Assembly (NCBI GenBank): GCA_026394395.1
Contig: JAPKYK010000005.1
Span: forward strand, 65,500-129,499
From: Methanomassiliicoccales archaeon
GTDB taxonomy: Archaea > Thermoplasmatota > Thermoplasmata > Methanomassiliicoccales > UBA472
DNA length: 64,000 nucleotides
Direction of reading: 5' to 3'
Each line of letters starts with the position of its first letter. The first letter of the stretch is position 1. This document shows positions 19,106-29,269 of the stretch, in pieces. The notes under the pieces were generated by a model, which worked only from the letters and a program-made list of their open reading frames with translations, ran no database searches and was not told the origin of the DNA. The position numbers were made by a program, and so were the translations under genes.

Positions 19106-19930
19106 ATGTTCCGAAAATTGTTGATCCCGGTCGACCTCTCGCCCCAATCGCTGATGATGGTGTACACCGCCCTCCGCATGAAGGAGTATGGCGTCTTGGA
19201 CCTGGTGGTATATTCCGCCGTGCCGGACAGCCCACCCGACGACACGATACTTGAGGACGTAGGAAAGAAGCTGGACAAGGTCGGGATGAAGCACGAGCTG
19301 GTGGTCCAGACCAGCACCAACCCTGCTAAGTCCATTCTTAAGGTATCGGGGTCCAGAGGGATCGCCATGATCGCCATGGCCGCCTCCGGCAAGGGCCGGA
19401 TGAAGGAGTTCTTCGTCGGCAGCACCTCCCTGGAGGTCATCAGGGGATCGAAGGTTCCCGTGCTGCTGGACAAGTTCTCGTTCTCCGCGGACAACGACCC
19501 TGAAGGTTACTGCAGGAACTGCCCCAAGCTACTGGAGCGAGTGCTCGTATCGTTGGACCTATCCAAAGTTTCCAATCACATTCAACCCTATGTTCAGAGC
19601 ATCATCGACGCCGGCGCCAAGAACATCACCCTGTTCCACGTGGTCCAGGCCCACAAGTACAAGATGAGCGACGACGACCGCTTCAAGGAGGTCAAGGTGA
19701 AGTTGGAGGAATACCGGGACCGGCTGGAGGTCAAGAACTGCAAGGTGGACGTACACATCCATTTCGGGACGACCACCTACAACATACTGGAGGTGTCCAG
19801 GGAGATGGACGCCACCCTAATCGTGCTGGGGACCACCGGGAGGGGCTATCTGAGGGGGGCAACGCTCGGATCGACCTCCGAAGAGGTCATCAAAGGCTCC
19901 ACCCGTCCCATGCTGCTCATACCGAGCTGA
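19106..19930 (+). CDS. universal stress protein (tandem UspA domains)
   Basis: There are two Usp repeats: MFRKLLIPVDLS...GSTSLEVIRGSKVPVLL and RVLVSLDLS...GSTSEEVIKGSTRPMLLIP. I prefer the ATG at 19106. Confidence 0.8.
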   Translation: MFRKLLIPVDLSPQSLMMVYTALRMKEYGVLDLVVYSAVPDSPPDDTILEDVGKKLDKVGMKHELVVQTSTNPAKSILKVSGSRGIAMIAMAASGKGRMKEFFVGSTSLEVIRGSKVPVLLDKFSFSADNDPEGYCRNCPKLLERVLVSLDLSKVSNHIQPYVQSIIDAGAKNITLFHVVQAHKYKMSDDDRFKEVKVKLEEYRDRLEVKNCKVDVHIHFGTTTYNILEVSREMDATLIVLGTTGRGYLRGATLGSTSEEVIKGSTRPMLLIPS

Positions 19931-20800
19931 TCAGAACAGCTTCTCGCGCTGGTTCAGATCCTTTAGGTAGGCGCGCAGCTCTTTCCCGTACACTGGGTGC
20001 TTGAGAGATAGCTCGAACTGGGACTTTATCCATCCGGGAATGTCGCCGATATCGTAGCGCTTGCCCTCGAACTCCCAGGCCATCATCCCCTCCTTCTCCC
20101 GCAGCAGCTTCAGGGCGTCGGTGAGCTGAAGTTCGCCGTTGTAGCCCGGTTTGATGTTCTCAATGCACTCGAAGATGGCCGGGGTGAGCACGTAGGTGCC
20201 GGCGATGCACAGGTCGGAGGGGGCCTCCTCCGGCCGGGGCTTCTCCACCAGGTCGTTGATGACATAGAGCCGGTCCTCGACCTTGGTGGCGTCCAGGACC
20301 CCGTAGTCCTTCACCTTGTCCCCTGGCACGCGCTCCGCGGCGATGACCGATTTGCCGGTACGGGCGTGGATGTCCATCAGCTGCTTGACCACCGGTACGT
20401 CCGCCACGTGAATGGTGTCGCCGAGCATGACCGCGAAGGGCTCGTCCCCCACGTGATGCCTGGCCTGGTAGACCGCGTCCGCCAACCCCTTGGGCTCCTT
20501 CTGACGGATGTAGTGCAGGTTGGCCATATTGCACAGGTCCCTGATCTTCTTCAAGTGCTCTTGCTTGTGACTGTTCTGGAGTATGGCCTCCAGCTCGAAG
20601 GAACGGTCGAAATGGTCCTCGATGGTGCGCTTGTGCCTTCCGGTGACGATGATGATGTCCTCGATACCGGCGGCCACGGCCTCCTCCACCACGTATTGGA
20701 TGACGGGCTTGTCGATGACCGGCAGCATCTCCTTTGGCTGCTCCTTGGTGAGGGGGAGAAAGCGCACTCCCCATCCAGCCGCTGGGATGACCGCTTTCAT
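19931..20800 (-). CDS. galU: UTP--glucose-1-phosphate uridylyltransferase
   Basis: MKAVIPAAGWGVRFLPLTKEQPKEMLPVIDKPVIQYVVEEA, VTGRHKRTIEDHFD and LGDT. The alternative start is 20812. Confidence 0.9.
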   Translation of the reverse strand: MKAVIPAAGWGVRFLPLTKEQPKEMLPVIDKPVIQYVVEEAVAAGIEDIIIVTGRHKRTIEDHFDRSFELEAILQNSHKQEHLKKIRDLCNMANLHYIRQKEPKGLADAVYQARHHVGDEPFAVMLGDTIHVADVPVVKQLMDIHARTGKSVIAAERVPGDKVKDYGVLDATKVEDRLYVINDLVEKPRPEEAPSDLCIAGTYVLTPAIFECIENIKPGYNGELQLTDALKLLREKEGMMAWEFEGKRYDIGDIPGWIKSQFELSLKHPVYGKELRAYLKDLNQREKLF

Positions 20801-20802
20801 AC

Positions 20803-22065
20803 CTACCAGCATATTCCTTCGTAGTTAATAGTCTTGGTGACTCCACGCCCGTCCACGACCGGCATGGGGCCATAGAGCGAGGGGTCGGCGAACTCCTTCC
20901 ATTCGGTCAGGATGAGCGCGGCGTCCGCCCCCTGGAGGCACTCCTTGACCGATTGACAGTAGGTTATGTAGGGGAAGGTCCGCCGGAAGTTCTCCATGGC
21001 CTGGGGGTCGTAAGCCCTAACTTTAGCTCCCTTGCGCAGGAGCTCGGCCACCACCGTTAGCGAGCTGGCCTCCCGGATGTCGTCGGTCCCGGGCTTGAAG
21101 GCCAATCCCAGCACCGCCACCGTGCTGCCTTCTATGCGGATGCGGCCGTTCAGCAGCTCCACCATGTGCAGGGGCTGTCTCCCGTTGACCGAGAGGATGG
21201 CGTCCAGCAGGTCCGTCCTGACGCCCTTCTCCCGGGCCTTGGCCCGGATGGACTTCACGTCCTTGGGGAAGCAGGAGCCGCCGAAACCGCAGCCGGCCCG
21301 CAGGAACAAGGGACCGATGCGCGGGTCCATACCAACTCCCTTGGCCACCTCGCGGAAGTCCAGGCCCAAGGCCTTGGAAATGTTCCCCAGTTCGTTGACC
21401 AGGGAGATGCGCGCGGCCAAGAAGGCGTTGGAGGCCATCTTGGTCATCTCCGCGGTAGAGAGGTCGGTGCGCAATATCGGCGCGTCCACGCCGCGATAAA
21501 GGGAGGCGACCTCCTGGAACGTCCGATCGTCCGAGGCCCCGATCACCACGCGGTCCGGCCTAAGGAAGTCGGCCACCGCCACGCCCTCCTTGAGGAACTC
21601 CGGGTTCATGGCCACTCCGAGGTCGTCGCCCAGAACCTTTCCGGAACGTTCGACCAGGATGGGCGCCACCAGGTCCCGGGTGGTGTTGGGCAGCACGGTG
21701 CTCTTCACCACGACCACATGTCTTCCCTTCTTCTGCGCCAGCATCATGCCGAGGTCTTCCGCCGCTCGCAGGACGTACTGCAGGTCTATGGAGCCATCGT
21801 CCCGGGATGGCGTGCCCACGCAAACAAAGGTCATATCTGTGCTCAGGACGGCCGAAAGGTCCATGGTCGCCCGGAAGGTGCCGGAGGCCAAATGCTTCTT
21901 CAACAGCTCTTCCAACCCATCCTCGTATATGGGAGGCACGCCGGCATTGATGTTCTCCACCTTCTCCCTGACCGTGTCCAGGCACACGACATCATGTCCC
22001 AGCTCAGCAAAGCATGCTCCAGACACCAGTCCAACGTAACCCGTGCCGATGATCGAGACTTTCAT
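20803..22065 (-). CDS. ugd: UDP-glucose 6-dehydrogenase
   Basis: MKVSIIGTGYVGLVSGACFAELGHDV and the catalytic GFGGSCFPKD. The 420-aa length is typical. Confidence 0.9.
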   Translation of the reverse strand: MKVSIIGTGYVGLVSGACFAELGHDVVCLDTVREKVENINAGVPPIYEDGLEELLKKHLASGTFRATMDLSAVLSTDMTFVCVGTPSRDDGSIDLQYVLRAAEDLGMMLAQKKGRHVVVVKSTVLPNTTRDLVAPILVERSGKVLGDDLGVAMNPEFLKEGVAVADFLRPDRVVIGASDDRTFQEVASLYRGVDAPILRTDLSTAEMTKMASNAFLAARISLVNELGNISKALGLDFREVAKGVGMDPRIGPLFLRAGCGFGGSCFPKDVKSIRAKAREKGVRTDLLDAILSVNGRQPLHMVELLNGRIRIEGSTVAVLGLAFKPGTDDIREASSLTVVAELLRKGAKVRAYDPQAMENFRRTFPYITYCQSVKECLQGADAALILTEWKEFADPSLYGPMPVVDGRGVTKTINYEGICW

Positions 22066-22228
22066 CGAAGCGACCCAGGCCGTAAAAGGGTCACGGATTA
22101 TTTAAGGTCCGCCCAGTCAGCGCCCCCATCGACGAGAGGAGAAGGCAAAACATTACTAAATGGCTTGATGATAGCATCCTCTGCAAGGTGATCTGCTGGA
22201 AGGCTCGCCGCGATCGTACAAGGTACTG

Positions 22229-23401
22229 GTGATAACCCCCGACTATCCGCCCCGATACACTGGCGGATGTGCGTTCAGCTGTCAGCTTCTTGTGGAAGGG
22301 CTGAGGGCCAGGGGCGTGCATACCGATGTCTGGGCCTTCAACGGTGATGAGGCCCCGCCCCAGGAGAACGGCATGGGCCAGACCGTATATTATCCCGGTT
22401 CCCGCACCCTGTTCGGCCTGAACCGCCTGGCCTATCGCGAGCTGAAGAGACTCCACCCTGATTGCGACATCATCCACGTCTACAACACCCAGCAGCTTCC
22501 GGCGGCAGTACGCTACGCCCGAGGCCGGGAGATCAAGGTGGCGGCCACCCTTAACAACCTGGCCGCGGTGTGCACCAATCCCAGCGAATACGTGGAAGGC
22601 GAATGCGCCGGTTGCCGGTCGATCGATTCATTGACCTGCTCCATGAAACGGCTAGGTTCCTGGAAGATGAGGGCCTTCATGCCGGTCCACTGGCTGGAGT
22701 TCATCATCCTGCATCGCCGTTCGCGCCACGCCTCCGGTTACATTGCGCTGTCCGAGGCCACGCGAAGATGCTATCTGGACGCGGGCTACGATCCGGAACG
22801 GATAACGCTCATTCCCAACATGGTCGACCCAGGGATGACCGCCAGTACCGAACCGCCCTCCCGAGACGGTCGCAACAAAATCATCCTGTACGCGGGAAGG
22901 CTGGAGGCGGAGAAAGGCCTGCAGGTGCTCATCAAGGCCTTCGCCACTCTCTCCGAGGGCAGCATCCTCTACATCGTGGGGAAGGGGGACTTCGGTCCGC
23001 AGCTAAAGAAGCTGGCCGACGACCTGGGGCTGGAAGGCAAGGTCATATTCACCGGGTTCATGGAAAAGGAGGAGATCGGTCGATATTACGACATGGCCGA
23101 CGTCTTCGTGCATCCAGCTCTATGGCCGGAGCCCTTCCCCCGCACTATCCTGGAAGCGCTGGCCCACCGCCTGCCGCTGATAGTGTCCGACAGCGGTTCC
23201 TCGGCCAGTATTCTCGGCCCGGCCGGCCTGTCCTTTGCCAGCGGTGACGACAGGGACCTGAGCCTCAAGCTGCAGACCCTGCTCGACGACGAAGGTCTGC
23301 GCCAGAGGACCGTGGAGGCCGGGGCGGAGGTGCTGCAGCGCTACCACCCGGACACGGTCATGGCCCAGATAATCGATTTCTACGGCGAACTGTTCTCCTG
23401 A
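22229..23401 (+). CDS. glycosyltransferase family 4 (GT-B, GT1/GT4 type)
   Basis: ITPDYPPRYTGG at the N-terminus and the C-terminal EX7E-type region FVHPALWPEPFPRTILEALAHRLPLIVSD. The start codon is GTG. Confidence 0.85.
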   Translation: MITPDYPPRYTGGCAFSCQLLVEGLRARGVHTDVWAFNGDEAPPQENGMGQTVYYPGSRTLFGLNRLAYRELKRLHPDCDIIHVYNTQQLPAAVRYARGREIKVAATLNNLAAVCTNPSEYVEGECAGCRSIDSLTCSMKRLGSWKMRAFMPVHWLEFIILHRRSRHASGYIALSEATRRCYLDAGYDPERITLIPNMVDPGMTASTEPPSRDGRNKIILYAGRLEAEKGLQVLIKAFATLSEGSILYIVGKGDFGPQLKKLADDLGLEGKVIFTGFMEKEEIGRYYDMADVFVHPALWPEPFPRTILEALAHRLPLIVSDSGSSASILGPAGLSFASGDDRDLSLKLQTLLDDEGLRQRTVEAGAEVLQRYHPDTVMAQIIDFYGELFS

Positions 23402-24465
23402 GGCGGGGCGGTCGTTTCCTTCTCGACCTTCTTGTCCTTCTTCTTACGCTCACGCAGGTCCTTCTGGAACCCGCCCTCCTTCCATTCCCGACGGTAGACC
23501 AACAGCTCCAGGGCGTAATACACCAGCCATAGGGCCGATCCGCAGAGTATCAGCAGCAATATGCCAGTATAATCCACGCTGATAGAGATGTCCTCGATGG
23601 TATCGAGGGCCATCTTCCCTTCCATTCCCAGCGTCCATATCCAGTATAGGCTGATCAGCACCATGATCAGGGCCGGGATGAGGCGGGAGAACGATCCCCG
23701 GGGATAGAATCCCTTGAAGAAGGCCAGGCAGGTCATGGGCAGTCCCAGGACCAGCATGTATCCGAACAGGTCGTCCAGCCTCGTCAGCAGCTCACCGACC
23801 TCCTGGGCGTTGAGGGTGGAGAGGCCCGCCTTGAGGATGATGATGAGGGCGAGGGGCAGGACCACGAATCCGATCAGGGTGCTCCTGGCCAGTTTGAGGC
23901 CTTGATACAGGCTCCCGTAACGCAGACGGAAATCGTGGTTCCAACGGTGCTCATTGGGGTCCTCGGACGCGTGAACGACGGCCTGCCCGCCACCTTGGAG
24001 GAAGGCCGGCCGATGATCGACGAACTCCCCCAGCTGCATGACCACCTTGAAGGCCGCGCCCACGAGGTACAGGACGAAAAGTATCTCCAGATCCAGCTCG
24101 AACACCTCGTCGGAGAGGACCTTCTGCACCCTCCCTCCCAGCAGGAGGCTGAAGGCGAAGACGATGGCCAGTACGGCCACAACGAGAGCGAAGGTCAAGC
24201 GGGAGTAGCTGCCCTTGGGATAGGCTCCCCGGAAGAATCCTAAGGCGGTCAGGACGATGCCGAACACCAGGACCAGGATCTCCATGTCCTGTAGTAGGGG
24301 GCGGAAGGCCTCCGCACCCTCTTCGCGAGATGTGACGAAGATCCATATCAACACCACGGCCAGCGGCAGCACCAGGTACTTCAGCCCGTGCACCACCGCG
24401 GACACGGCCCCCTTGCCTGGTTTGGCGTACTTCCAGTCGAACTCGCCGAGGTTCAGTATCCCCAC
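23380..24465 (-). CDS. polytopic membrane protein with an internal duplication
   Basis: 361 aa. The repeated segment is GFFRGAYPKGSYSRLTFALVV / AFFKGFYPRGSFSRLIPALIM, and the tail is Lys-rich. It overlaps the upstream gene by 13 nt. Confidence 0.6.
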   Translation of the reverse strand: MGILNLGEFDWKYAKPGKGAVSAVVHGLKYLVLPLAVVLIWIFVTSREEGAEAFRPLLQDMEILVLVFGIVLTALGFFRGAYPKGSYSRLTFALVVAVLAIVFAFSLLLGGRVQKVLSDEVFELDLEILFVLYLVGAAFKVVMQLGEFVDHRPAFLQGGGQAVVHASEDPNEHRWNHDFRLRYGSLYQGLKLARSTLIGFVVLPLALIIILKAGLSTLNAQEVGELLTRLDDLFGYMLVLGLPMTCLAFFKGFYPRGSFSRLIPALIMVLISLYWIWTLGMEGKMALDTIEDISISVDYTGILLLILCGSALWLVYYALELLVYRREWKEGGFQKDLRERKKKDKKVEKETTAPPQENSSP

Positions 24466-25271
24466 CCCCAGGTATCGTTGGCGCTATTGGAGCAGTCCAG
24501 GAAGGTGAGCGTCACCGAGGCGCTGACCTCCTCGGAATTGAGCATCAGGCGATCATAGGTCTCGAAGGGGATGGGAACGGACGGCTCCTCCCACATATAC
24601 GGTCCGAGCTCGACGGTCTGGGTGACATTCCCCACGAAGCCCTGGGCGTCGCGGAACTGGGTGGTCACCACCACCATCTGACCTTGCACCATGTCCTGGG
24701 CGTTGAGGGTGTAGGGGATGACCATGAAGTACTCGCCTCCCTCCTCGCGCAGGTAAGCGGACTCCGACATGACATCAAGCCCACTGATGAGCGGCTCCCA
24801 ATTCATCTCGTCGCCTCCCTTGAAACTAATAGAGACCAGGCCCAGGGTGTATTTGGCGTCCACGTCGATCAGGAACTTCGTGTTCGTGCCGTTGAAGATG
24901 AAGTCGGAACGCTCCTCCTGGTCCATGTCGCCGAGGTCCAGGGACATGATGATCGGCAGCTCCGTATCGCCTCCCGCGGGTATGTCCATCCGCTCGCTCT
25001 CGCTCTGCGAGAGGACGTTACCTTGCTTATCGAGGAAGGTAAAGCCCACGGTCAGGTCGTTGATCGCGAACACCCCATTATTGGACACCGTCAACGGTGA
25101 ATTGAGCTCTAGCGTATCGCCATTGAGCTGCCAATCGGTCTCATTGTCCGTCCCGAAGTCCACATTTATCCCACCCATGATCAGGGGCAATATGCTGAGC
25201 GCGACAATGACCGCCACCAGCAGCTTGAACGAAAGTATCCCGATGCGAGTGGCCACCAATGGTAGCTTCAT
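24453..25271 (-). CDS. membrane-anchored extracytoplasmic protein, LEA_2/Ig-like beta-sandwich repeats (tentative)
   Basis: It has an N-terminal signal-anchor (MKLPLVATRIGILSFKLLVAVIVALSILPLIMG). Two segments follow of the type NSPLTVSNNGVFAINDLTVGFTFLDKQGNVL...IPAGGDTELPIIM. Confidence 0.55.
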   Translation of the reverse strand: MKLPLVATRIGILSFKLLVAVIVALSILPLIMGGINVDFGTDNETDWQLNGDTLELNSPLTVSNNGVFAINDLTVGFTFLDKQGNVLSQSESERMDIPAGGDTELPIIMSLDLGDMDQEERSDFIFNGTNTKFLIDVDAKYTLGLVSISFKGGDEMNWEPLISGLDVMSESAYLREEGGEYFMVIPYTLNAQDMVQGQMVVVTTQFRDAQGFVGNVTQTVELGPYMWEEPSVPIPFETYDRLMLNSEEVSASVTLTFLDCSNSANDTWGWGY

Positions 25272-25308
25272 GCCCCATGATAATATTGCGGAATAATGAA
25301 TTTACCTG

Positions 25309-25866
25309 ATGGCCTGGCGGAGGCGGACGGAAGGGGCAAAGTTAATTGGCCACCCCATCGTTATCGAATGCGTGAGCGAGATAAGGGTTAGAAAGCGCAG
25401 GAGGCTGCGGGAGAAGGAGCTCAAGGCCCTTTCTGACGGGCTGACCTCCTCGGCGGGCGTCCAGGTGCTGTCGCCCAAGGACACCGTGGACGTGGCCGAG
25501 GGGCCGGAATGCGAGCTCATCTTCATCAACAACGTCATAGAAGGCATGATCGTCGAGGGACGACCGTTCCTTACCATCCGCGGACTTCTGCGGCTCAAGG
25601 CCACCCGGAGCTACGTGACCGTGGACATGGGCGCCGTACCGTACGTCACCAACGGCGCGGACATCATGGCTCCGGGCATAGTGGAAGTGGACCCAGAGGT
25701 GAAGGAGGGGGACCTGGTATGGATCAGGGACGTCACGCACAAGCGACCGCTGGCCGTGGGCAAGGCGCTGGTGAGCGCCGAGGTCATGGCCGCCAAGTCG
25801 CCGGGGAAGGCCATAAAGAACCTGCACTTCGTGGGAGACAAGATTTGGAAGTACGATGAAAGGTAA
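25309..25866 (+). CDS. PUA-domain RNA-binding protein (archaeal MCT-1/Tma20-like)
   Basis: VTVDMGAVPYVTNGADIMAPGIVEVDPEVKEGDLVWIRDVTHKRPLAVGKALVSAEVM is a classic PUA domain. The true start is uncertain and may lie internal to the ORF. Confidence 0.75.
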   Translation: MAWRRRTEGAKLIGHPIVIECVSEIRVRKRRRLREKELKALSDGLTSSAGVQVLSPKDTVDVAEGPECELIFINNVIEGMIVEGRPFLTIRGLLRLKATRSYVTVDMGAVPYVTNGADIMAPGIVEVDPEVKEGDLVWIRDVTHKRPLAVGKALVSAEVMAAKSPGKAIKNLHFVGDKIWKYDER

Positions 25867-25946
25867 AAGCCCGGCCACGCACCCTCTGGGGTGCGATACA
25901 TTAATATTAATAACACGCCATAACATGAACATTCGAGAGGGATGCA

Positions 25947-26324
25947 ATGCCAATTCTCAAGAAACCGCTGGGTAAGGGGAAGGAAGAGATAAAGAGCGTG
26001 GAGACCGACCAGTACATCGATCTCGGAGCGCTGTACTTCCAGGAGGAGAGCAGCATCTCCGCTGGAGGCATCAAGATCGCCGAGATCCAACGCTACGAGG
26101 ACGTGGGTCCCATCACCCAACCGGTGTACCAGGGTAACATCATGATGATAGATTATTCCCCAATAGCCAACGACCAGAACACCCTCAAGCGCATCACCAA
26201 CGAGCTGAAGTCGGTGGCCCGCGACACCAACGGTGACGTGGCCGCCATTGGCAACAACTTCATCGTGGTGGCGCCCAACGGCATCCGGATAGACCGGAAG
26301 AAGATAAAGGGCGGCTACCAGTAA
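25947..26324 (+). CDS. sepF: cell division protein SepF
   Basis: 125 aa. ...IKIAEIQRYEDVGPITQPVYQGNIMMIDYSPIANDQNTLKRITNELKSVARDTNGDVAAIGNNFIVVAP matches the SepF core. Confidence 0.8.
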   Translation: MPILKKPLGKGKEEIKSVETDQYIDLGALYFQEESSISAGGIKIAEIQRYEDVGPITQPVYQGNIMMIDYSPIANDQNTLKRITNELKSVARDTNGDVAAIGNNFIVVAPNGIRIDRKKIKGGYQ

Positions 26325-26371
26325 GCCTCTCTCCCCCGCGACCTCTGCGGGGGTCTTCATTTTTAACTTCC

Positions 26372-27691
26372 ATGTACCTGCCTGAACAGAAGATCATCCA
26401 TGACAGCGTGCATGGCAGCATCAAGGTCAAAGGAGTGATCCTTGAACTTCTGCACCGCCCAGAGCTGCAGAGGCTGCACGGGGTCAAGCAGCTGGGGATG
26501 GCCTACCTGGTCTTCCCCGGGGCCAACCACACGCGGTTCGAGCATTCCCTCGGCACCTACCATGTGGCCGACCTGATGTGCCAGGCGCTGGGCCTGGAGA
26601 GCCAGGACCGGGACCAGGCTATGGCCGCGGCGCTGCTCCACGACCTGGGGCACGCGCCCTTCTCCCATACCCTGGAAGAAGTGCTGGAGAACCGCTTCTC
26701 CCTGAACCACATGGAGATGGGCGCCTCCATCATCGACGGAGAGCGCGCCGTCTGCTCCCCGGCCGAGATGAAGCACCTGCAGAAGATGCCCACCATCTCC
26801 GAGACGCTGGAGAAGGCCGGGGTCTCCGCGGAGGCGGTCAAGGACATAATCGCCTTCCCCAGCGGACGACGCCCCGACGGGCAGAGCCTGCTGCTCGAGG
26901 ACAGCCAGTCGCATTTCAATTCCCCCAAGTACCTTCACCAGATGATACACGGTCCGGTAGACGCGGACCAGATGGACTACCTGCTGCGGGACGCGCACTA
27001 CACCGGAGTGGCCCACGGCACCATCGACATAGACCGCCTCATCCAGACCATCGAGCTGCATCACGGCGACATCGTGGTGCGCAAGGGCGGCATGGTCGCG
27101 GCGGAGGGGCTCATGGTGGCCCGGGCGCTGATGTACACCTCCGTCTACTTTCACAAGACCGTGCGCATAGCCGAGATGATGCTGTGCAAGGCGGTGGAGC
27201 TGGCCGATGACAGCATTGCCGACCAGCTGCAGATGGAGAACGACGCCTCCCTGACCGAGAGGTTGATGCGGCAGGGAGGCCAGCCGCAGAAGATAATGAC
27301 CATGCTAAAGTACCGCCAGCTCTACAAGAAGGCCTATTCCGTCTACGTGCCGGACATGACCGACGAGGAGGCGGAGCGGCTGGTCCGGCTGACGGATTAC
27401 CGCAAGCGGAAATCGGTGGAGGACATGATCGCCGACCGCGCCGCCGTCGACCCGTCCGAGATCATCCTAGACGTGCCGCACAATGAACTGATCACGGGCG
27501 AGGCCCGGCTGGGAAAGACGGAGGTGCCGATACTGAACGGGGATAAGATAAGGCCGCTTACGCGCCTGAGCCCTATCAGCAAGGCCCTGCAGTCCCGCGG
27601 GGTGCACGACTGGGCGGTAATGGTCTCCTGCCCCGAGCGTCACCTGGCCGAGGTGGAGAGGGCGGCGGCGCGCACCATCGGCGACCTCTAG
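26372..27691 (+). CDS. HD-domain phosphohydrolase (SAMHD1/dNTPase-like, COG1078 type)
   Basis: RFEHSLGTYHVA, LLHDLGHAPFSH and DADQMDYLLRDAHYTGV. Confidence 0.8.
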   Translation: MYLPEQKIIHDSVHGSIKVKGVILELLHRPELQRLHGVKQLGMAYLVFPGANHTRFEHSLGTYHVADLMCQALGLESQDRDQAMAAALLHDLGHAPFSHTLEEVLENRFSLNHMEMGASIIDGERAVCSPAEMKHLQKMPTISETLEKAGVSAEAVKDIIAFPSGRRPDGQSLLLEDSQSHFNSPKYLHQMIHGPVDADQMDYLLRDAHYTGVAHGTIDIDRLIQTIELHHGDIVVRKGGMVAAEGLMVARALMYTSVYFHKTVRIAEMMLCKAVELADDSIADQLQMENDASLTERLMRQGGQPQKIMTMLKYRQLYKKAYSVYVPDMTDEEAERLVRLTDYRKRKSVEDMIADRAAVDPSEIILDVPHNELITGEARLGKTEVPILNGDKIRPLTRLSPISKALQSRGVHDWAVMVSCPERHLAEVERAAARTIGDL

Positions 27692-29142
27692 CCCTTCATG
27701 ACGCCCAGCGGAGCCAGCTTGGCCACCGGTCGCGACAGGCCGGCGCCCACGACCACCCTTATGACGTCATCGATGTCCTTGTAGGCCCCCGGGGCCTCCT
27801 CTTGGATGCCGTCCAGGGTACTGCCCTTGAGGTAGATGCCCTTGCCCTCCAGCTCCTGAGTGACGGATTGCACGGAAAAGTTGCGTATGGCCGACTCGCG
27901 CGACATCACCCGGCCGGCGCCGTGGCAGGTGGAGCCGAACGATTCCGCCATGGCCCCCTCCGTTCCCACCAGCACGTACGAGCCGGCGCCCATGTCCCCG
28001 GGTATCAGTACTGGCTGGCCCACCGAACGGTAGATCGAGGGCACCTCCGGGTGGTCCTTGGGGAATGCTCTGGTGGCGCCCTTGCGGTGCACGTAGACCT
28101 TACGTCTTTTGCCCTCGAAGGTGTGCTCCTCCACCTTGGCGATGTTGTGCGCCACATCGTAGACCAAGTTCATTCCCAGGTCCTCGGCGCTGCGGGCGAA
28201 CACCTTCTCGAAGGATTGGCGGACCCAGTGCATGATCATCTGCCGGTTGGCCCAGGCGTAATTGGCCCCGCAGGCCATGGCGGCGTAGTAATCCTGTCCC
28301 TCCTTGGAGTTCACCGGGGCGCAGGCCAGCTGCCGGTCCGGTAAACGCAGTTCCCTCTCCTTCACCGATCTCTCCATGACCTGGAGGTAATCGGTGGCAA
28401 TCTGGTGCCCGCAGCCGCGGGAGCCACAGTGGATGGAGACCGTGACCTGCCCCTCCTCCACCAGCCCGAAGGCCTTGGCCGCCACAGGGTCGAATATCTT
28501 CTCCACCCGGTCCACCTCCAGGAAGTGGTTGCCGGAGCCCAGCGAACCTACCTGGGGCACGCCGCGCTGCTTGGCCTTCACCGAGACCTTGGAAGGGTCG
28601 GCGTTCTTCATGCGCCCGTTCTCCTCCGTGCGTACCAGGTCATCCGTCCAACCGTACCCTTCGGCCACCGCCCACTCCGCCCCTTCCTCCAGGATGCGGT
28701 CTATCTTGCTGGCGGCCACGTTGACCACGCCCTTGGAACCTACTCCGGCCGGAACGTTATGGAACATGGTGTTGACCAGCTCCTTGATGTGCGGCTTGAC
28801 GTCCTCCGTCCGCAGGTCGGTGGCTATCAGCCGGACGCCGCAGTTGATGTCGAAGCCAATGCCCCCTGGAGAGATGACTCCCTCCTCGGCGTCCATGGCC
28901 GCCACGCCGCCGATGGGGAAACCGTAGCCCCAATGGATGTCGGGCATGGCCATGGACCTGCCGACCAGCCCCGGAAGGCAGGCCACATTGGCCGCCTGCT
29001 CCGGCGAGTTGTCGGAGATTATGGTCCTGATCATCCGCTCGTCAGCGAAAATTATGGCGTCCCCCTTCATGCATTCTTTGTAGGTGCGGGGGATCTTCCA
29101 GCGGAAATCGTCTACCTTTTCCAGTGGTCCGTTCCAAGCCAT
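27688..29142 (-). CDS. rtcB: RNA-splicing ligase RtcB
   Basis: MAWNGPLEKVDDFRWKIP..., MPDIHWGYGFPIGG, GFDINCGVR, GSGNHFLE, HCGSRGCGHQ, HNIAKVEEH and STCHGAGR. I reject the 65-aa upstream extension in the ORF track (to 29337). Confidence 0.95.
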   Translation of the reverse strand: MAWNGPLEKVDDFRWKIPRTYKECMKGDAIIFADERMIRTIISDNSPEQAANVACLPGLVGRSMAMPDIHWGYGFPIGGVAAMDAEEGVISPGGIGFDINCGVRLIATDLRTEDVKPHIKELVNTMFHNVPAGVGSKGVVNVAASKIDRILEEGAEWAVAEGYGWTDDLVRTEENGRMKNADPSKVSVKAKQRGVPQVGSLGSGNHFLEVDRVEKIFDPVAAKAFGLVEEGQVTVSIHCGSRGCGHQIATDYLQVMERSVKERELRLPDRQLACAPVNSKEGQDYYAAMACGANYAWANRQMIMHWVRQSFEKVFARSAEDLGMNLVYDVAHNIAKVEEHTFEGKRRKVYVHRKGATRAFPKDHPEVPSIYRSVGQPVLIPGDMGAGSYVLVGTEGAMAESFGSTCHGAGRVMSRESAIRNFSVQSVTQELEGKGIYLKGSTLDGIQEEAPGAYKDIDDVIRVVVGAGLSRPVAKLAPLGVMKG

Positions 29143-29269
29143 GTTCTTCACTCCTGCCTTCGACCCATGCAGCTTCCTGGATTTATAGGAAACCCAAACG
29201 CGATTACCATTAATGATAATCATTTGAGCATCATTAATACACGTTGCGCGCATAGTTCGGGCAACCGCC

